A DNA stretch of 64,000 nucleotides from Minisyncoccota bacterium (lineage in GTDB: Bacteria; Patescibacteriota; Minisyncoccia; Phycocordibacterales; UBA6065). Every line of letters begins with the position of its first letter. Within the stretch, counting starts at the first letter, position 1. Position numbers and translations under genes: made by a program. Location: positions 192,189 to 256,188 of the forward strand of contig JBAZUA010000001.1 in assembly GCA_041661645.1 (NCBI GenBank), written 5' to 3'. This document shows, piece after piece, positions 37,238 through 46,521 of the stretch. The notes under the pieces are model-generated. The model did not search any database and was not told where the DNA came from. It worked only from the letters and a program-made list of their open reading frames with translations.

Positions 37238-38520
37238 ATATTGGTTCTAAGAAGATTGTCTATTTCCGTGCTGGCGTCGCGGACGGCGTTGCTGGTTCGA
37301 GACCTGCCCGAAGTGACGCTCTCTATGAGCTTGGTAAAGGCGGCCGACGTGCCGCTCTCACTTGGATCAAGCCAGGCATGCGATATGAGGGCACTGTCAT
37401 AGAAGACTGACTTGTAGGCATTGCCCTGTGGCACGGCGATGAGGCTTCGGCGCACGGGCGGATAGCCGCTCGCGCCGACCCATTCGGTCTGAAGGGAATC
37501 TCCGGTGAGGGTCACCGCGGCGGTATAGGCGGCAAGGAGGTTCGGCGAGGACTTGAGCAGGGTCACGGCCTGCATGTTGCCAAAGGTCACCTTCCTGCCG
37601 GGAATCTGCGGTACGGGAGCGACGTCAAAGTTGAGGTTCGGGTTGGCCGCCCGGATGTCGGCGAGCTCGCTTGCAAAGCCGAAATAGACGGCGAGCCGAC
37701 CTGACAGGAACATTGCCCTATCGGAAGGAAGGGACCTATTCCAGGAATACGCCGGCTTAACCGGATTCGAGAACTCGGTGAAGAAATTGACCGCCTGCTC
37801 GCCAGGGACCAGACCATTGCCCTGATCAGAAAACACGCTGCGCAGAGATGCGTACTGGTCGCGGGAGACAATGGCGGTGCCTGCCTGAAGGGAGAGGAGG
37901 GAGATCATGTCCTTGGCATGCGTCACGTTGCTCGTGGCTCCGAAGGCGATAAGGGCCTGGCTTATGTTGCCTGACGCGTCCTTCTGGATTATCTTCGGCG
38001 CGAGCGAATAGAAGTCAGTCCACGACGATGGGGGCATGGGCACGTTGGCATTCGAAAATATGTTCCTGTTCCAGTACATGACGATTGGGTCAATGGAAAA
38101 CGGCAGGCCTATGATGCCGTCCGGCACGAGGTAAAGCTCCCCCTCCTCTATAAATGAGTCCTTGAAGGCCCTCTCCGAATAGGAGGTAAAGGGTATAGTG
38201 TAGAACTTGTCCTGCTGGCTCACGATGAGGTTCTGGGGCAAGAGAATCATGTCGGGACCCTTGCCGCGGGCGAGGGCCGCCACGAGATCAGCCTCAAAGG
38301 TGTCAGGGCTCTTTGCCACATAGCTTATGTTCATGGTGTCACGGTTCGCAAGGGCCGCCTTGGATAGAAAATTCGTGAATGTCTCGTTATCGATAGTCCC
38401 CCACATGGTCACCTGGACGGCACTATTCGAATTGCTGCTTTTCTGAACGGAAAAGAGAACCGCTGCGATAAGGGCCGCCATAACGAGAACTCCGGTCAGG
38501 ATGAGTTGGAAGCGAGTCAT
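37234..38520 (-). CDS. Extracellular solute-binding protein (SBP family 1-like), membrane anchored; no cognate permease or ATPase in the window
   Basis: N-terminal TM/signal. VQVTMWGTIDNE...GPDMILLPQNL... is typical of sugar-type SBPs. Translationally coupled with the flanking genes (4-nt and 1-nt overlaps). Confidence 0.55.
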   Translation of the reverse strand: MTRFQLILTGVLVMAALIAAVLFSVQKSSNSNSAVQVTMWGTIDNETFTNFLSKAALANRDTMNISYVAKSPDTFEADLVAALARGKGPDMILLPQNLIVSQQDKFYTIPFTSYSERAFKDSFIEEGELYLVPDGIIGLPFSIDPIVMYWNRNIFSNANVPMPPSSWTDFYSLAPKIIQKDASGNISQALIAFGATSNVTHAKDMISLLSLQAGTAIVSRDQYASLRSVFSDQGNGLVPGEQAVNFFTEFSNPVKPAYSWNRSLPSDRAMFLSGRLAVYFGFASELADIRAANPNLNFDVAPVPQIPGRKVTFGNMQAVTLLKSSPNLLAAYTAAVTLTGDSLQTEWVGASGYPPVRRSLIAVPQGNAYKSVFYDSALISHAWLDPSESGTSAAFTKLIESVTSGRSRTSNAVRDASTEIDNLLRTNI

Positions 38521-39047
38521 TATTGTTTTCGGGAAATTATACCATAATGCTGGGCGCCGGCGCTTATCTCCCTCTCAAAGACCAGGCCTGCCTCGGTCAA
38601 AAGCTTGATGGCGGCATCCTTGTACACGACATGCTCGGGATGCGGCCCCATATGGGAAAACGACGCGGACCAATCGATGAGCAGCACGCGACCCTTGTGC
38701 TTGAGGATGCGCTTTGCTTCCGAGAGAAAGGATTTCTTGTCCTCAATCATGAAAAGCACGTTCGAGACGATCACGACATCACAGGAACCCTCGCGGATCT
38801 TGGTGCCGCCGAGTCGTTCGAGGTCTCCCACGATGACGTCTATGTTGCGAACATGGAATCTCTGGGCCTCTTTCTTGAGCCGCTCGAGCATGTCCCTCTG
38901 GACGTCGACGGCATATACCTTGCCCATGGGGGCGACGGCCTTGGCTGCCTCAAGGGAATAGAATCCCGATCCTGAGCCGAGGTCGGCGACGATCATGCCG
39001 TCGGAGATGCCGAGCTGCTGTATATTGTGGCCAGGGTCGCTGAACAT
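38520..39047 (-). CDS. Class I SAM-dependent methyltransferase
   Basis: Motif I VADLGSGSGFYS. Motif II DVVIVSNVLFMIED. Motif III KGRVLLIDW. Confidence 0.7.
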   Translation of the reverse strand: MFSDPGHNIQQLGISDGMIVADLGSGSGFYSLEAAKAVAPMGKVYAVDVQRDMLERLKKEAQRFHVRNIDVIVGDLERLGGTKIREGSCDVVIVSNVLFMIEDKKSFLSEAKRILKHKGRVLLIDWSASFSHMGPHPEHVVYKDAAIKLLTEAGLVFEREISAGAQHYGIISRKQ

Positions 39048-39114
39048 GCGTCTAGTATAGCAAATAAAAAGAGCCCAGGTTGTGCCTGGGCTCCTTGATA
39101 CCTAACAGCGGTCA

Positions 39115-39954
39115 TTATTGCTTCATGACCGCGACCACGATGGGCTGATCCTTGCAGTAGAACTGCACCCACTGAACCCGGTCGCTCGTGAACGGCAAGA
39201 CGATCTTGCCATCACGTATAACCGCGGCCAGGTCGGTCGTCTGACCGCCCCAATCGCTCCAGGAACCACGGTCTTGACTGAACTTGACCTTGATCCGAAG
39301 ACCTGGTGTCGCCGAGACCGCGACGCCAGCCATGAGCTGCTCTGTCGAGACCTCACAGGATTTCTTGCCAGCCGCGAACGGATGGCTGACAAACTTGCTC
39401 AGGTCAACAGCGTCTGTCTGAGGACTCGCGTCCCAGGTGCTCACCATGACCAAGGCAGGTTGGGCTGGCATGCGGGTTGGAGCGATCATCACGGATTTAG
39501 ACAGGGCGTCGAAATCCTTGCGAAGCTTTGCAACCTCGGCCTTGAGGGCATCGCCCTCTGCCTTCGCCTTGTCTAACTCGACCTTAAGGGCCGCGTTCTC
39601 CTTGTCCTTGTCGATGATTGCCTTCGCCAGGTTGGCGACGACCTCATTCTGAACCGACAGCGTCTCCTTCTGGGCTGCCTTTGCAGGCTCCACCTTGGAG
39701 ACGGCCGACGACGGCTTGTCCGGAACGATCACGATCGGAAGCGGCGCCGAAACGGGCTTGGCCTCCGACTTGGCCGCCGCCACCTTGGCACGAGCGGCCT
39801 GAACCTCCTTCACAATGGGACTCACCGCAGAAGAGACATACATGACCAGGACAGTGAGGATGACACCGAGGCTCACCCAGACGATCCGCGACTTCACCTT
39901 CGCCCGCGCCATAAGGCGTTGGGCTTCATTTTCCTTACCTTCGTTGTTTTCCAT
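39115..39954 (-). CDS. Membrane-anchored coiled-coil protein (Ala/Lys-rich)
   Basis: One TM helix, then a long A/K/E-rich predicted coiled-coil (KVELDKAKAEGDALKAEVAKLRKDFD), and a C-terminal globular region. Confidence 0.45.
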   Translation of the reverse strand: MENNEGKENEAQRLMARAKVKSRIVWVSLGVILTVLVMYVSSAVSPIVKEVQAARAKVAAAKSEAKPVSAPLPIVIVPDKPSSAVSKVEPAKAAQKETLSVQNEVVANLAKAIIDKDKENAALKVELDKAKAEGDALKAEVAKLRKDFDALSKSVMIAPTRMPAQPALVMVSTWDASPQTDAVDLSKFVSHPFAAGKKSCEVSTEQLMAGVAVSATPGLRIKVKFSQDRGSWSDWGGQTTDLAAVIRDGKIVLPFTSDRVQWVQFYCKDQPIVVAVMKQ

Positions 39955-40081
39955 AGGATAAATCCCCTTTCAATGAACAGTCGGGCACAGTTTTAGCGCC
40001 CGTAGTTGTTGAGAACTGTTCTTCCTAATTGTATCACAATACTGTTGAAAGTCAATAGCGATAGACTCCCAAGAAACGGCC

Positions 40082-40711
40082 CTAGAACGTCCTCTCGAGG
40101 GGTGTCGGGGTCATCGGTGCGTCGCCTGAAAGCTGGAAGGTGCCCTCAAGGATATTGACGAATCCCCATATGGACATCATGACGAAGAGGCCGACGATGC
40201 CGTAGATGATGGCGTTCTTCCCCTCCTCCCTCTTCTCCTCGCTCGACAGCATCTTGAACGCCCCAAGGATCGTGTAGATCACGGTGAGGGACACGATGAG
40301 ATATATGAAATAATTAATGTACACGATGATGCAGTCGACGACGCCCACAAACCCGCCGTCGGTGAGGCTGTCGCAGGCTGTACTACCGCCCCTACCGCCG
40401 CCCGAGCCGAGTGAGAAAGTCGAGTTGTCCATCTTCGAGTTCGAGAAATCGTTGGTGGGTATGATTGCCTGCCCGACAGGCTCCGGGGCGGTGCTGGTGA
40501 AAACAGTCCCGCCCTCCGCCGTACCAGCCGTATCCACAGGAATGAACTGCGCGGATGTGGCCGCTGGCACCGAAAGAATGACGAGAAGCGATGAGACGAG
40601 GGCGAAGCGTGATATTGAAGTCATAGTGGTTTCATTATAGCAAAGAAAAAGCGGGACATCTGCCCCGCTTTCCCACATATGTGAATTTATCCGAAACTTA
40701 GAGACAAACAA
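40082..40711 (-). CDS. TrbC/VirB2-like pilin family paralog P6 (Cys pair, Gly-rich linker)
   Basis: Signal peptide. [64 protein letters not shown]. The start overlaps the gyrA 3' end by 14 nt. Confidence 0.55.
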   Translation of the reverse strand: MFVSKFRINSHMWESGADVPLFLCYNETTMTSISRFALVSSLLVILSVPAATSAQFIPVDTAGTAEGGTVFTSTAPEPVGQAIIPTNDFSNSKMDNSTFSLGSGGGRGGSTACDSLTDGGFVGVVDCIIVYINYFIYLIVSLTVIYTILGAFKMLSSEEKREEGKNAIIYGIVGLFVMMSIWGFVNILEGTFQLSGDAPMTPTPLERTF

Positions 40712-43166
40712 CGCTCGCGAGCGAATCCCCCTCCCTCAGCTTCATGACGCGCACGCCCTGGGTCTGTCGCCCGAGGGTCGGTATCTCGTCGAGCTCGACG
40801 CGGACGACCTGGGACTTCTTGGACATGGCCACGAGCTCGCTGTCCTCCTCGGTGATAACCTTGGCCGAGATGACGACGCCCGTCTTGTCGGTAACCTTCA
40901 TGGTGAGTATTCCCGATCCGCCGCGATTCTGGGTCTTGTACTCAGATGCCTCGGTGGTCTTGCCGTAACCGTTCTTTGATATGACCATGACACGGGCGTT
41001 CTTTGCGTCCTTTCTGACGGGATCGGCGTTGATGACGCTGTCTCCCTTGCCCAAGTCAATGCCGCGTACGCCCATGGCCGACCTGCCCATCTCGCGCACG
41101 TCGCTTTCCTTGAATCTAATCGACTGCCCGTCAGCGGTGAAGACGAAGGTGTCGTCGCCCTTTGACACGAAGGTGACGGACACCAGCGAGTCGCCCTTGT
41201 CGAGAGTGATGGCGATGAGGCCGCTGCGACGCACGTCATGGAAGCCCTCGGCCTTGACCTTCTTTGCGGTGCCGAGCTTGGTGACCATCATGAGGGATAG
41301 TTCGGCAGACTGCTTTGACTCCTTCGGCATCGGAAGAATGGAGGTGACCTTCTCGTCATCGGCGAGCGAGAGGAAGTTGACGAGGGCCTTACCCTTGGTG
41401 GCGCGCTTGCCTTCCGGAAGCTCGTACATCTTTATCTGATACGCCTTTCCCTTGTCCGTGAAGAACAGGATGTCGGCATGGGTGTTGGTGGTGACGAGCT
41501 TGGTGACGAAGTCCTCCTCCTTGGTGTCGAGGTCTACCACGCCAACGCCGCCGCGGCGCTGCTTCTTGTATTCGTCCGGCGCGGTTCGCTTGACGTATCC
41601 GCCCTGGGTAAGCACGAGGACGCTCTCCACGTCAGGTATGAGATCTTCCTCGTTGATGACCTTCGCGCCGTGCTTGATGACCTTGGTGCGTCGCTCGTTG
41701 CCGTACTTGGCCTTGATCTCGATGAGCTCGGACTTTATGACGCCAAGGATCTTCTTTGGGCTGGCGAGAAGGGCCTTGAGCTCCTCGATGAGTGCCTGAA
41801 CGGCCTTGAGCTCATCCTCGATCTTCTTGCGCTCGAGTCCGGCGAGCTTCTGCAGTCGCATGTCGAGGATGGCCTGGGCCTGGAGTGCCGAGAACTTGAA
41901 CTTCTTCATGAGGCCGTCCTTGGCTTCTTCTACGTCCTTTGACGCCCTGATGAGCTTGATGATCTCGTCTATGTGATCGAGGGCCTTCTTGAGGCCGAGC
42001 AGGATGTGCTCGCGGGCCTCGGCGATGCGCAGGTCGTATATCGTGCGGCGCTTGACCACCTCGACGCGATGCTCGATGAAATGCTCGAGGATGGATTTGA
42101 GGGAGAGGGTCTCCGGTCGGCCCTTGACGAGGGCGACGACGTTCATGTGGAAGGTGTCCTCGAGCTGGGTGTGCTTGTACAAAAAGTTGAGTATCTTCTG
42201 GGGATGTGCTCCTGACTTGAGATCGATCACCACGCGAATGTCCTTGGCGGACTCGTCGCGAAGGCCCTTGATGCCCTCGATGCGCTTCTCGCGGACATGG
42301 TCGGCGATGGCCATGATGAGGTCTGCCTTCACGACGCGATACGGGATGGAAGAGATGATGATCTGGAAAATCCCGGCCTTGTTCTCGACGATCTCGGCAT
42401 CGCCACGGGTGAGGATGCCTCCCTTTCCGGTTGCGTAGGCATGCTGAATGTCCTTCTCGCTGTAAATGGTGCCTCCCGTCGGGAAGTCGGGACCCTTCAC
42501 GTATTTCAAGAGATCCTCGGTCGTCGCATCTCCGTCATCCATGAGGTGCACGGTCGCGTCGAGAACCTCGCCCAGGTTATGAGGAGGGATGTTCGTTGCC
42601 ATTCCAACGGCGATGCCGAGAGTACCGTTCAACAGAAGGTTCGGCACGGCAGTCGGGAGAACCGATGGCTCCTTGCGGGTGTTGTCGTAGTTCGGTCGGA
42701 AGTCCACAGTCTCCTTCTCGAGGTCGCGCAGGAGTTCGCCCGCGATGCGAGACATCTTTGCCTCGGTATACCTATATGCGGCGGCTCCGTCTCCGTCAAT
42801 CGATCCGAAGTTTCCCTGTCCGATGACGAGCGGATAGCGCATCGAGAAATCCTGGGCCATCTTGACCATGGCCTCGTACACGGACGCGTCGCCGTGGGGG
42901 TGATACTTACCGAGCACGTCTCCGACGATGGTCGCCGACTTCTTGGTCTTTGCGGACGCGGTGAGGCCGATGTCATGCATGGCATAGAGGATGCGTCGAT
43001 GCACAGGCTTGAGTCCATCACGCACGTCGGGCAGCGCTCGGGCGGTGATGACGGACATGGCATAGTCGAGATACGACTCGCGCATTTCAGTGACGATGTT
43101 TCGCGCCACGACGCCCTTTACTTCGAATGGCAGTTTTGGCTCGGGTGGGGTGTTTTTAGGGCTCAT
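40698..43166 (-). CDS. gyrA: DNA gyrase subunit A
   Basis: [21 protein letters not shown]. Active-site Tyr region ([10 protein letters not shown]...). C-terminal beta-pinwheel repeats. Confidence 0.9.
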   Translation of the reverse strand: MSPKNTPPEPKLPFEVKGVVARNIVTEMRESYLDYAMSVITARALPDVRDGLKPVHRRILYAMHDIGLTASAKTKKSATIVGDVLGKYHPHGDASVYEAMVKMAQDFSMRYPLVIGQGNFGSIDGDGAAAYRYTEAKMSRIAGELLRDLEKETVDFRPNYDNTRKEPSVLPTAVPNLLLNGTLGIAVGMATNIPPHNLGEVLDATVHLMDDGDATTEDLLKYVKGPDFPTGGTIYSEKDIQHAYATGKGGILTRGDAEIVENKAGIFQIIISSIPYRVVKADLIMAIADHVREKRIEGIKGLRDESAKDIRVVIDLKSGAHPQKILNFLYKHTQLEDTFHMNVVALVKGRPETLSLKSILEHFIEHRVEVVKRRTIYDLRIAEAREHILLGLKKALDHIDEIIKLIRASKDVEEAKDGLMKKFKFSALQAQAILDMRLQKLAGLERKKIEDELKAVQALIEELKALLASPKKILGVIKSELIEIKAKYGNERRTKVIKHGAKVINEEDLIPDVESVLVLTQGGYVKRTAPDEYKKQRRGGVGVVDLDTKEEDFVTKLVTTNTHADILFFTDKGKAYQIKMYELPEGKRATKGKALVNFLSLADDEKVTSILPMPKESKQSAELSLMMVTKLGTAKKVKAEGFHDVRRSGLIAITLDKGDSLVSVTFVSKGDDTFVFTADGQSIRFKESDVREMGRSAMGVRGIDLGKGDSVINADPVRKDAKNARVMVISKNGYGKTTEASEYKTQNRGGSGILTMKVTDKTGVVISAKVITEEDSELVAMSKKSQVVRVELDEIPTLGRQTQGVRVMKLREGDSLASVVCL

Positions 43167-43216
43167 GCGTTGTTTTTAGTGCGTAAAGTATAGCATTTCT
43201 GGCATTTGGCCAGTAC

Positions 43217-43245
43217 TTGACTATATATGTATTATAGTGTATTAT
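43217..43245 (+). promoter_or_regulatory. Sigma70 promoter TTGACT-17-TATTAT placed 8 nt before ATG 43254
   Basis: Seen directly. No SD is possible, so the mRNA is likely leaderless. Confidence 0.5.
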
Positions 43246-43253
43246 ATAAAAGT

Positions 43254-43544
43254 ATGAAAAAACTGCTCTTCGTTAGTCTTATCCTCCTCGCATGCCTCGC
43301 TTCGGCCGGCACCGCTCACGCAGACACGACTATAGGCCTGGTGAACGGCACAGGCAAATCCACCTTGCAGATCAAAGCGTTCGCTTCAGACAGCTATCCA
43401 GATGAAGCCGTCAATAAGGCGAACACCTGGCTGGACGGTCTCAACAAGACCACCATTATTGTTTCAGTGACACCCACGGCGGTGGGAACTTCGTCCCACA
43501 AGCAACATGTTATCACGATCGTCTATTACAGATCAGAGCCGTAG
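43254..43544 (+). CDS. Small secreted protein (signal peptide, 96 aa)
   Basis: MKKLLFVSLILLACLASAGTAHA signal peptide. AT-rich. A terminator follows at about 43566-43607. Confidence 0.5.
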   Translation: MKKLLFVSLILLACLASAGTAHADTTIGLVNGTGKSTLQIKAFASDSYPDEAVNKANTWLDGLNKTTIIVSVTPTAVGTSSHKQHVITIVYYRSEP

Positions 43545-43610
43545 TCGGAGAAAAAATAAGGCCCCCAAGACCTACACAAGCCCCGCTTCACCGCGCGGGC
43601 TTTTTTGTAC

Positions 43611-44006
43611 TTAATTTATATCAGCGGGATAAGGACCATCGACGGGAGCGGCCACATCATCAGATGGCACGGTATCAATAGGGGCGACATAATCCGTCGT
43701 CGTGGCCTGTGAAGTCGTGGAAACCTTGACACCGTCATCCTTCGGAAAGAACTGATCCCAGGAACCCCCTATCTTCGAGCCAATGTCCTTCAGATTATTG
43801 TTCTGGGGCGTATTGATTTCGAAGGAGAGGCCCCCGTTCTCGAGCCTGAAGACGAGCGCAACTACCCAAAAGAGGGCGATAACGAGAGTGGCTGTAGCGG
43901 ATGCGCCGAATATGAAGCGAAGCTTCTCCGCGTCTGACTTATTCCTCAGCTTTTCTATGTGTTTGAACATTGCCTCTGTCGCGGGACGATTGCCCGCATG
44001 TCTCAT
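43611..44006 (-). CDS. Hypothetical membrane protein (one TM)
   Basis: 131 aa ORF with TM segment FIFGASATATLVIALFWVVALVF. The stop overlaps the start of the upstream gene. Confidence 0.4.
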   Translation of the reverse strand: MRHAGNRPATEAMFKHIEKLRNKSDAEKLRFIFGASATATLVIALFWVVALVFRLENGGLSFEINTPQNNNLKDIGSKIGGSWDQFFPKDDGVKVSTTSQATTTDYVAPIDTVPSDDVAAPVDGPYPADIN

Positions 44007-44635
44007 TACGCCTGCGCCTCGAGAACGACCACGTCCGCGTCCTTGCCATCGAGATCCTTCCTCTTGAGGGTCAATTTGTCCTGCGGCTTCTGGGCCTCCT
44101 CGCCCGCCTCCTTGAGAAAGGCCTTTATTGCCGCGGGGTCATCGCCAACAGGGATGATCAGCCTTGGCTCGAGCTTGACCGCGAGCTTGTAGGCGTCGCT
44201 TGGCGAGAGAGTGTCCCCCGCCGTTCCGACAGGGACGAAGAGCACGTCGATCTGCTCGATCTCCTCGTTCGCCTCGCCCGGGATGTCCTTGGTCGAGAGA
44301 GCCCCGAGGAAGCAGAGGTTCATGTTCTCGAGCTGCACCGTGTATATGGTGTTGATGAGGGGCTTGCCGCCGTGATTGGTCTCGGAGGAGAAGCCCTTGA
44401 TGAAGACATCCTTTATCTCGTATTCGCCAGGGCCGGTCACAGCGAAGGCCTCCTTTCCGCCGAATGACACCTGATCGACACCGTTAAGGTCGGCGTGATT
44501 GGCCGAGACGAGGGCAATGTCCGCGCCGAAGCGGCTCGACTTGAGCTTCGAGTCCTTTGATATCGGATTGACGGCAAGGGTGATGTCGCCAAACTGAACC
44601 TTGAAAAAATGACCGCCTTGATATGTGATTACCAT
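44006..44635 (-). CDS. MBL-fold metallo-hydrolase
   Basis: Conserved segments ITYQGGHFFKV, ALVSANHADLNG and VLFVPVGTAGDTLS match the metallo-beta-lactamase fold. The start was chosen at the internal ATG (MVITYQ). Confidence 0.55.
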   Translation of the reverse strand: MVITYQGGHFFKVQFGDITLAVNPISKDSKLKSSRFGADIALVSANHADLNGVDQVSFGGKEAFAVTGPGEYEIKDVFIKGFSSETNHGGKPLINTIYTVQLENMNLCFLGALSTKDIPGEANEEIEQIDVLFVPVGTAGDTLSPSDAYKLAVKLEPRLIIPVGDDPAAIKAFLKEAGEEAQKPQDKLTLKRKDLDGKDADVVVLEAQA

Positions 44636-44689
44636 GCGGGAAGTATAGAGCATTTCCGATTTTGTATCCAGATTGACAAGGGTTTTCCG

Positions 44690-45060
44690 AGTAGTAGCAT
44701 ACGGACCAAGGCCTAAGCTCCTTGGAAACAAAGAAAACTCGAATTCCTGGGCGTGAGCGCCCTCGAACAGGCCAAACCCGTCGTGCGGGCACGACGGGGG
44801 TTGCAGGACCTCAGCACAGGCCCATCTAGCGAACGGGTCCAGGGGCACCTAAGTAGCCTTTGTCCCAGCGCGAACGGGACAGGGGCGAATCCGGCAGACA
44901 ACCCCGCCACAAGTGTCCAACCGCACGCGTCGCAACGCGTGTACGAAGTGGCGACGGCGCTGCCAAGCCTAAATCCGACGAGCTTTTGCTGCATAGCCGC
45001 ACTCCTGCAGGGTGTGGCTATTTTGTTTGAGACATCCTCGTCACTTGCCAAACGAGCACG
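44690..45060. ncRNA. Candidate structured non-coding RNA (unassigned)
   Basis: An approximately 370-nt GC-rich non-coding stretch between divergent genes. It is packed with perfect hairpins: CCAAGG-ccuaagcu-CCUUGG, CCCGUCGU-gcgggc-ACGACGGG, ACGCG-ucgcaa-CGCGU, GUCCC-agcgcgaac-GGGAC. The ORFs in it are implausible. Confidence 0.3.
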
Positions 45061-45130
45061 CCTACTGCCTATGTCTATTTTTTATTTTCTCTTTATAGGT
45101 TTTCACTCCATCCCATAGCAAAATAAGCTC

Positions 45131-45547
45131 ATGCAGAGGAAGAACTCACCATCAAAACCATACGGCCAGCTCGCCACGAAAAGCGACGTGAGGGAAATTG
45201 TCACGGAAGTCATCGACAACTTTGCCATCATGATGAAACGCAGCTTCGACGACATCAACGATAGAATGGTGACAAAGGAAGAGTTCAACGAATTCAAGGC
45301 TGAAATGCATGAGTTCAAGGATGAGATGCATGAGTTCAAAACGAATATGCTTGAATTCAAAGACGGCACAGAACCAGCCCTATACAGCCTTCAAACGGAT
45401 ATGCTCGACGTCAAATCAAGACTAACAAAGGTAGAGACCGGACTGACGAACGTCGAAAACGGCGTCACATCCCTCACGGCGGCCGTGCGCAGCAACTGGC
45501 GTGATCACGAAGGTCGCATTACCAGACTCGAGGAGCGAGTCACCTGA
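45131..45547 (+). CDS. Coiled-coil repeat protein, paralog A
   Basis: N-terminal ATKSDVREIVTEV. Central EFKAEMHEFKDEMHEFKTNMLEFK repeats. C-terminal VRSNWRDHEGRITRLEERVT. Paralogous to 52296..52775. Confidence 0.5.
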   Translation: MQRKNSPSKPYGQLATKSDVREIVTEVIDNFAIMMKRSFDDINDRMVTKEEFNEFKAEMHEFKDEMHEFKTNMLEFKDGTEPALYSLQTDMLDVKSRLTKVETGLTNVENGVTSLTAAVRSNWRDHEGRITRLEERVT

Positions 45548-45667
45548 TTGAATGGGTCTATCGTGTAAAACCCTTTGCGGACATGGGTGATTTCCATATT
45601 TTGCACCCAGATTGACAGACCCCCTCATAAGAGTAGTCTTGTGAACAGGAAACCCAATGCTCATCAA

Positions 45668-46306
45668 ATGAATACCGTAACAGAATCAAACGAACTACAG
45701 GAAGTCAAATTCCTTAAACTGCAAATGACCAGACAGGCCGAACGGGCCAACAGCATGGTGGGGGAAATAAAAGACCTCTACCAAAAGCTGAGAACCGAGG
45801 AATGCCTAGAGGTCGAGATTACGGAAAAATACAACAAATCCGTGACGGCCCTCGTCATCGACGAAGCCGAACGCAGGGGCGTATCATTCTGCAGCCTCTG
45901 CGAAGAAGAAAGGCCGGCCTCGTCCATGGTCTGCGTGCTCTTCACGGGATCAAAGATCATAAGGATGGGAGACCACGGGACAGAGACAGAATATCTGAGG
46001 GACTTCTCCACGCCTCATCTGCTCTGCCCGACCTGCCTCGACACACACACCAAGAAAAGCGGCTGGATAGGACCATTCAACTCCATCGCCCAGGGTTCCG
46101 AGACGTTTTATCTCTGGCATACGGACAAGCGTTCGGACGGGCTTTACGCCCACGTCCTCGGATACAACAAGCTCGTGCCCGTAAAACCACCACAGGCGAT
46201 CCCGCCCGACAAGATAAACGAAAAGGCCTCGCAGTGGGGCCTTCCGACAACCATCGGGTTTCCCCACAGGAGACTTAATGAGCCCACGGAACGTGGCTGG
46301 GACTGA
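45668..46306 (+). CDS. Hypothetical protein with two CxxC pairs (possible zinc ribbon)
   Basis: CSLCEEE...CPTCLD. Start chosen at MNTVTESNEL. AT-richer than the core. A terminator follows at 46328-46365. Confidence 0.4.
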   Translation: MNTVTESNELQEVKFLKLQMTRQAERANSMVGEIKDLYQKLRTEECLEVEITEKYNKSVTALVIDEAERRGVSFCSLCEEERPASSMVCVLFTGSKIIRMGDHGTETEYLRDFSTPHLLCPTCLDTHTKKSGWIGPFNSIAQGSETFYLWHTDKRSDGLYAHVLGYNKLVPVKPPQAIPPDKINEKASQWGLPTTIGFPHRRLNEPTERGWD

Positions 46307-46327
46307 GCCCATCCCTCGGACAAGCAC

Positions 46328-46365
46328 ATGCGGGCCGGCGACCAAAGGTCGCCGGCCCTTTTACT
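46328..46365 (+). terminator. Intrinsic terminator (ggccggcgacc-aaa-ggtcgccggcc plus cttttacttt)
   Basis: Seen directly. Confidence 0.55.
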
Positions 46366-46521
46366 TTCACAAAAAGGACTTTACCGCGAGGCCCTTTCAT
46401 GCTAACCTCTTCCCTACCTGACTTTTCGTCAGTTTTTATTTTTCACCGGCTTCGGTAACCCTTTCTCAGGACCACTTGCAACGAGCATCGAGAGGAAGCA
46501 CCGAAACGGACCTTTAATATC

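Noticed and set aside
37234-38520. Interpreting the solute-binding protein gene as part of an ABC importer operon.
   Set aside because: No permease or ATPase gene is adjacent. The only ABC system in the window (58313-61703) is a MacAB-type exporter with no SBP requirement.
44690-45060. Calling this region RNase P RNA outright.
   Set aside because: I found a 3' P4-like ACAGA..CCCGCC segment, but I could not locate the universally conserved GGAAAGUCC 5' P4 strand or the GGGCA/GGUGCC core by eye. It is kept as an unassigned ncRNA candidate.
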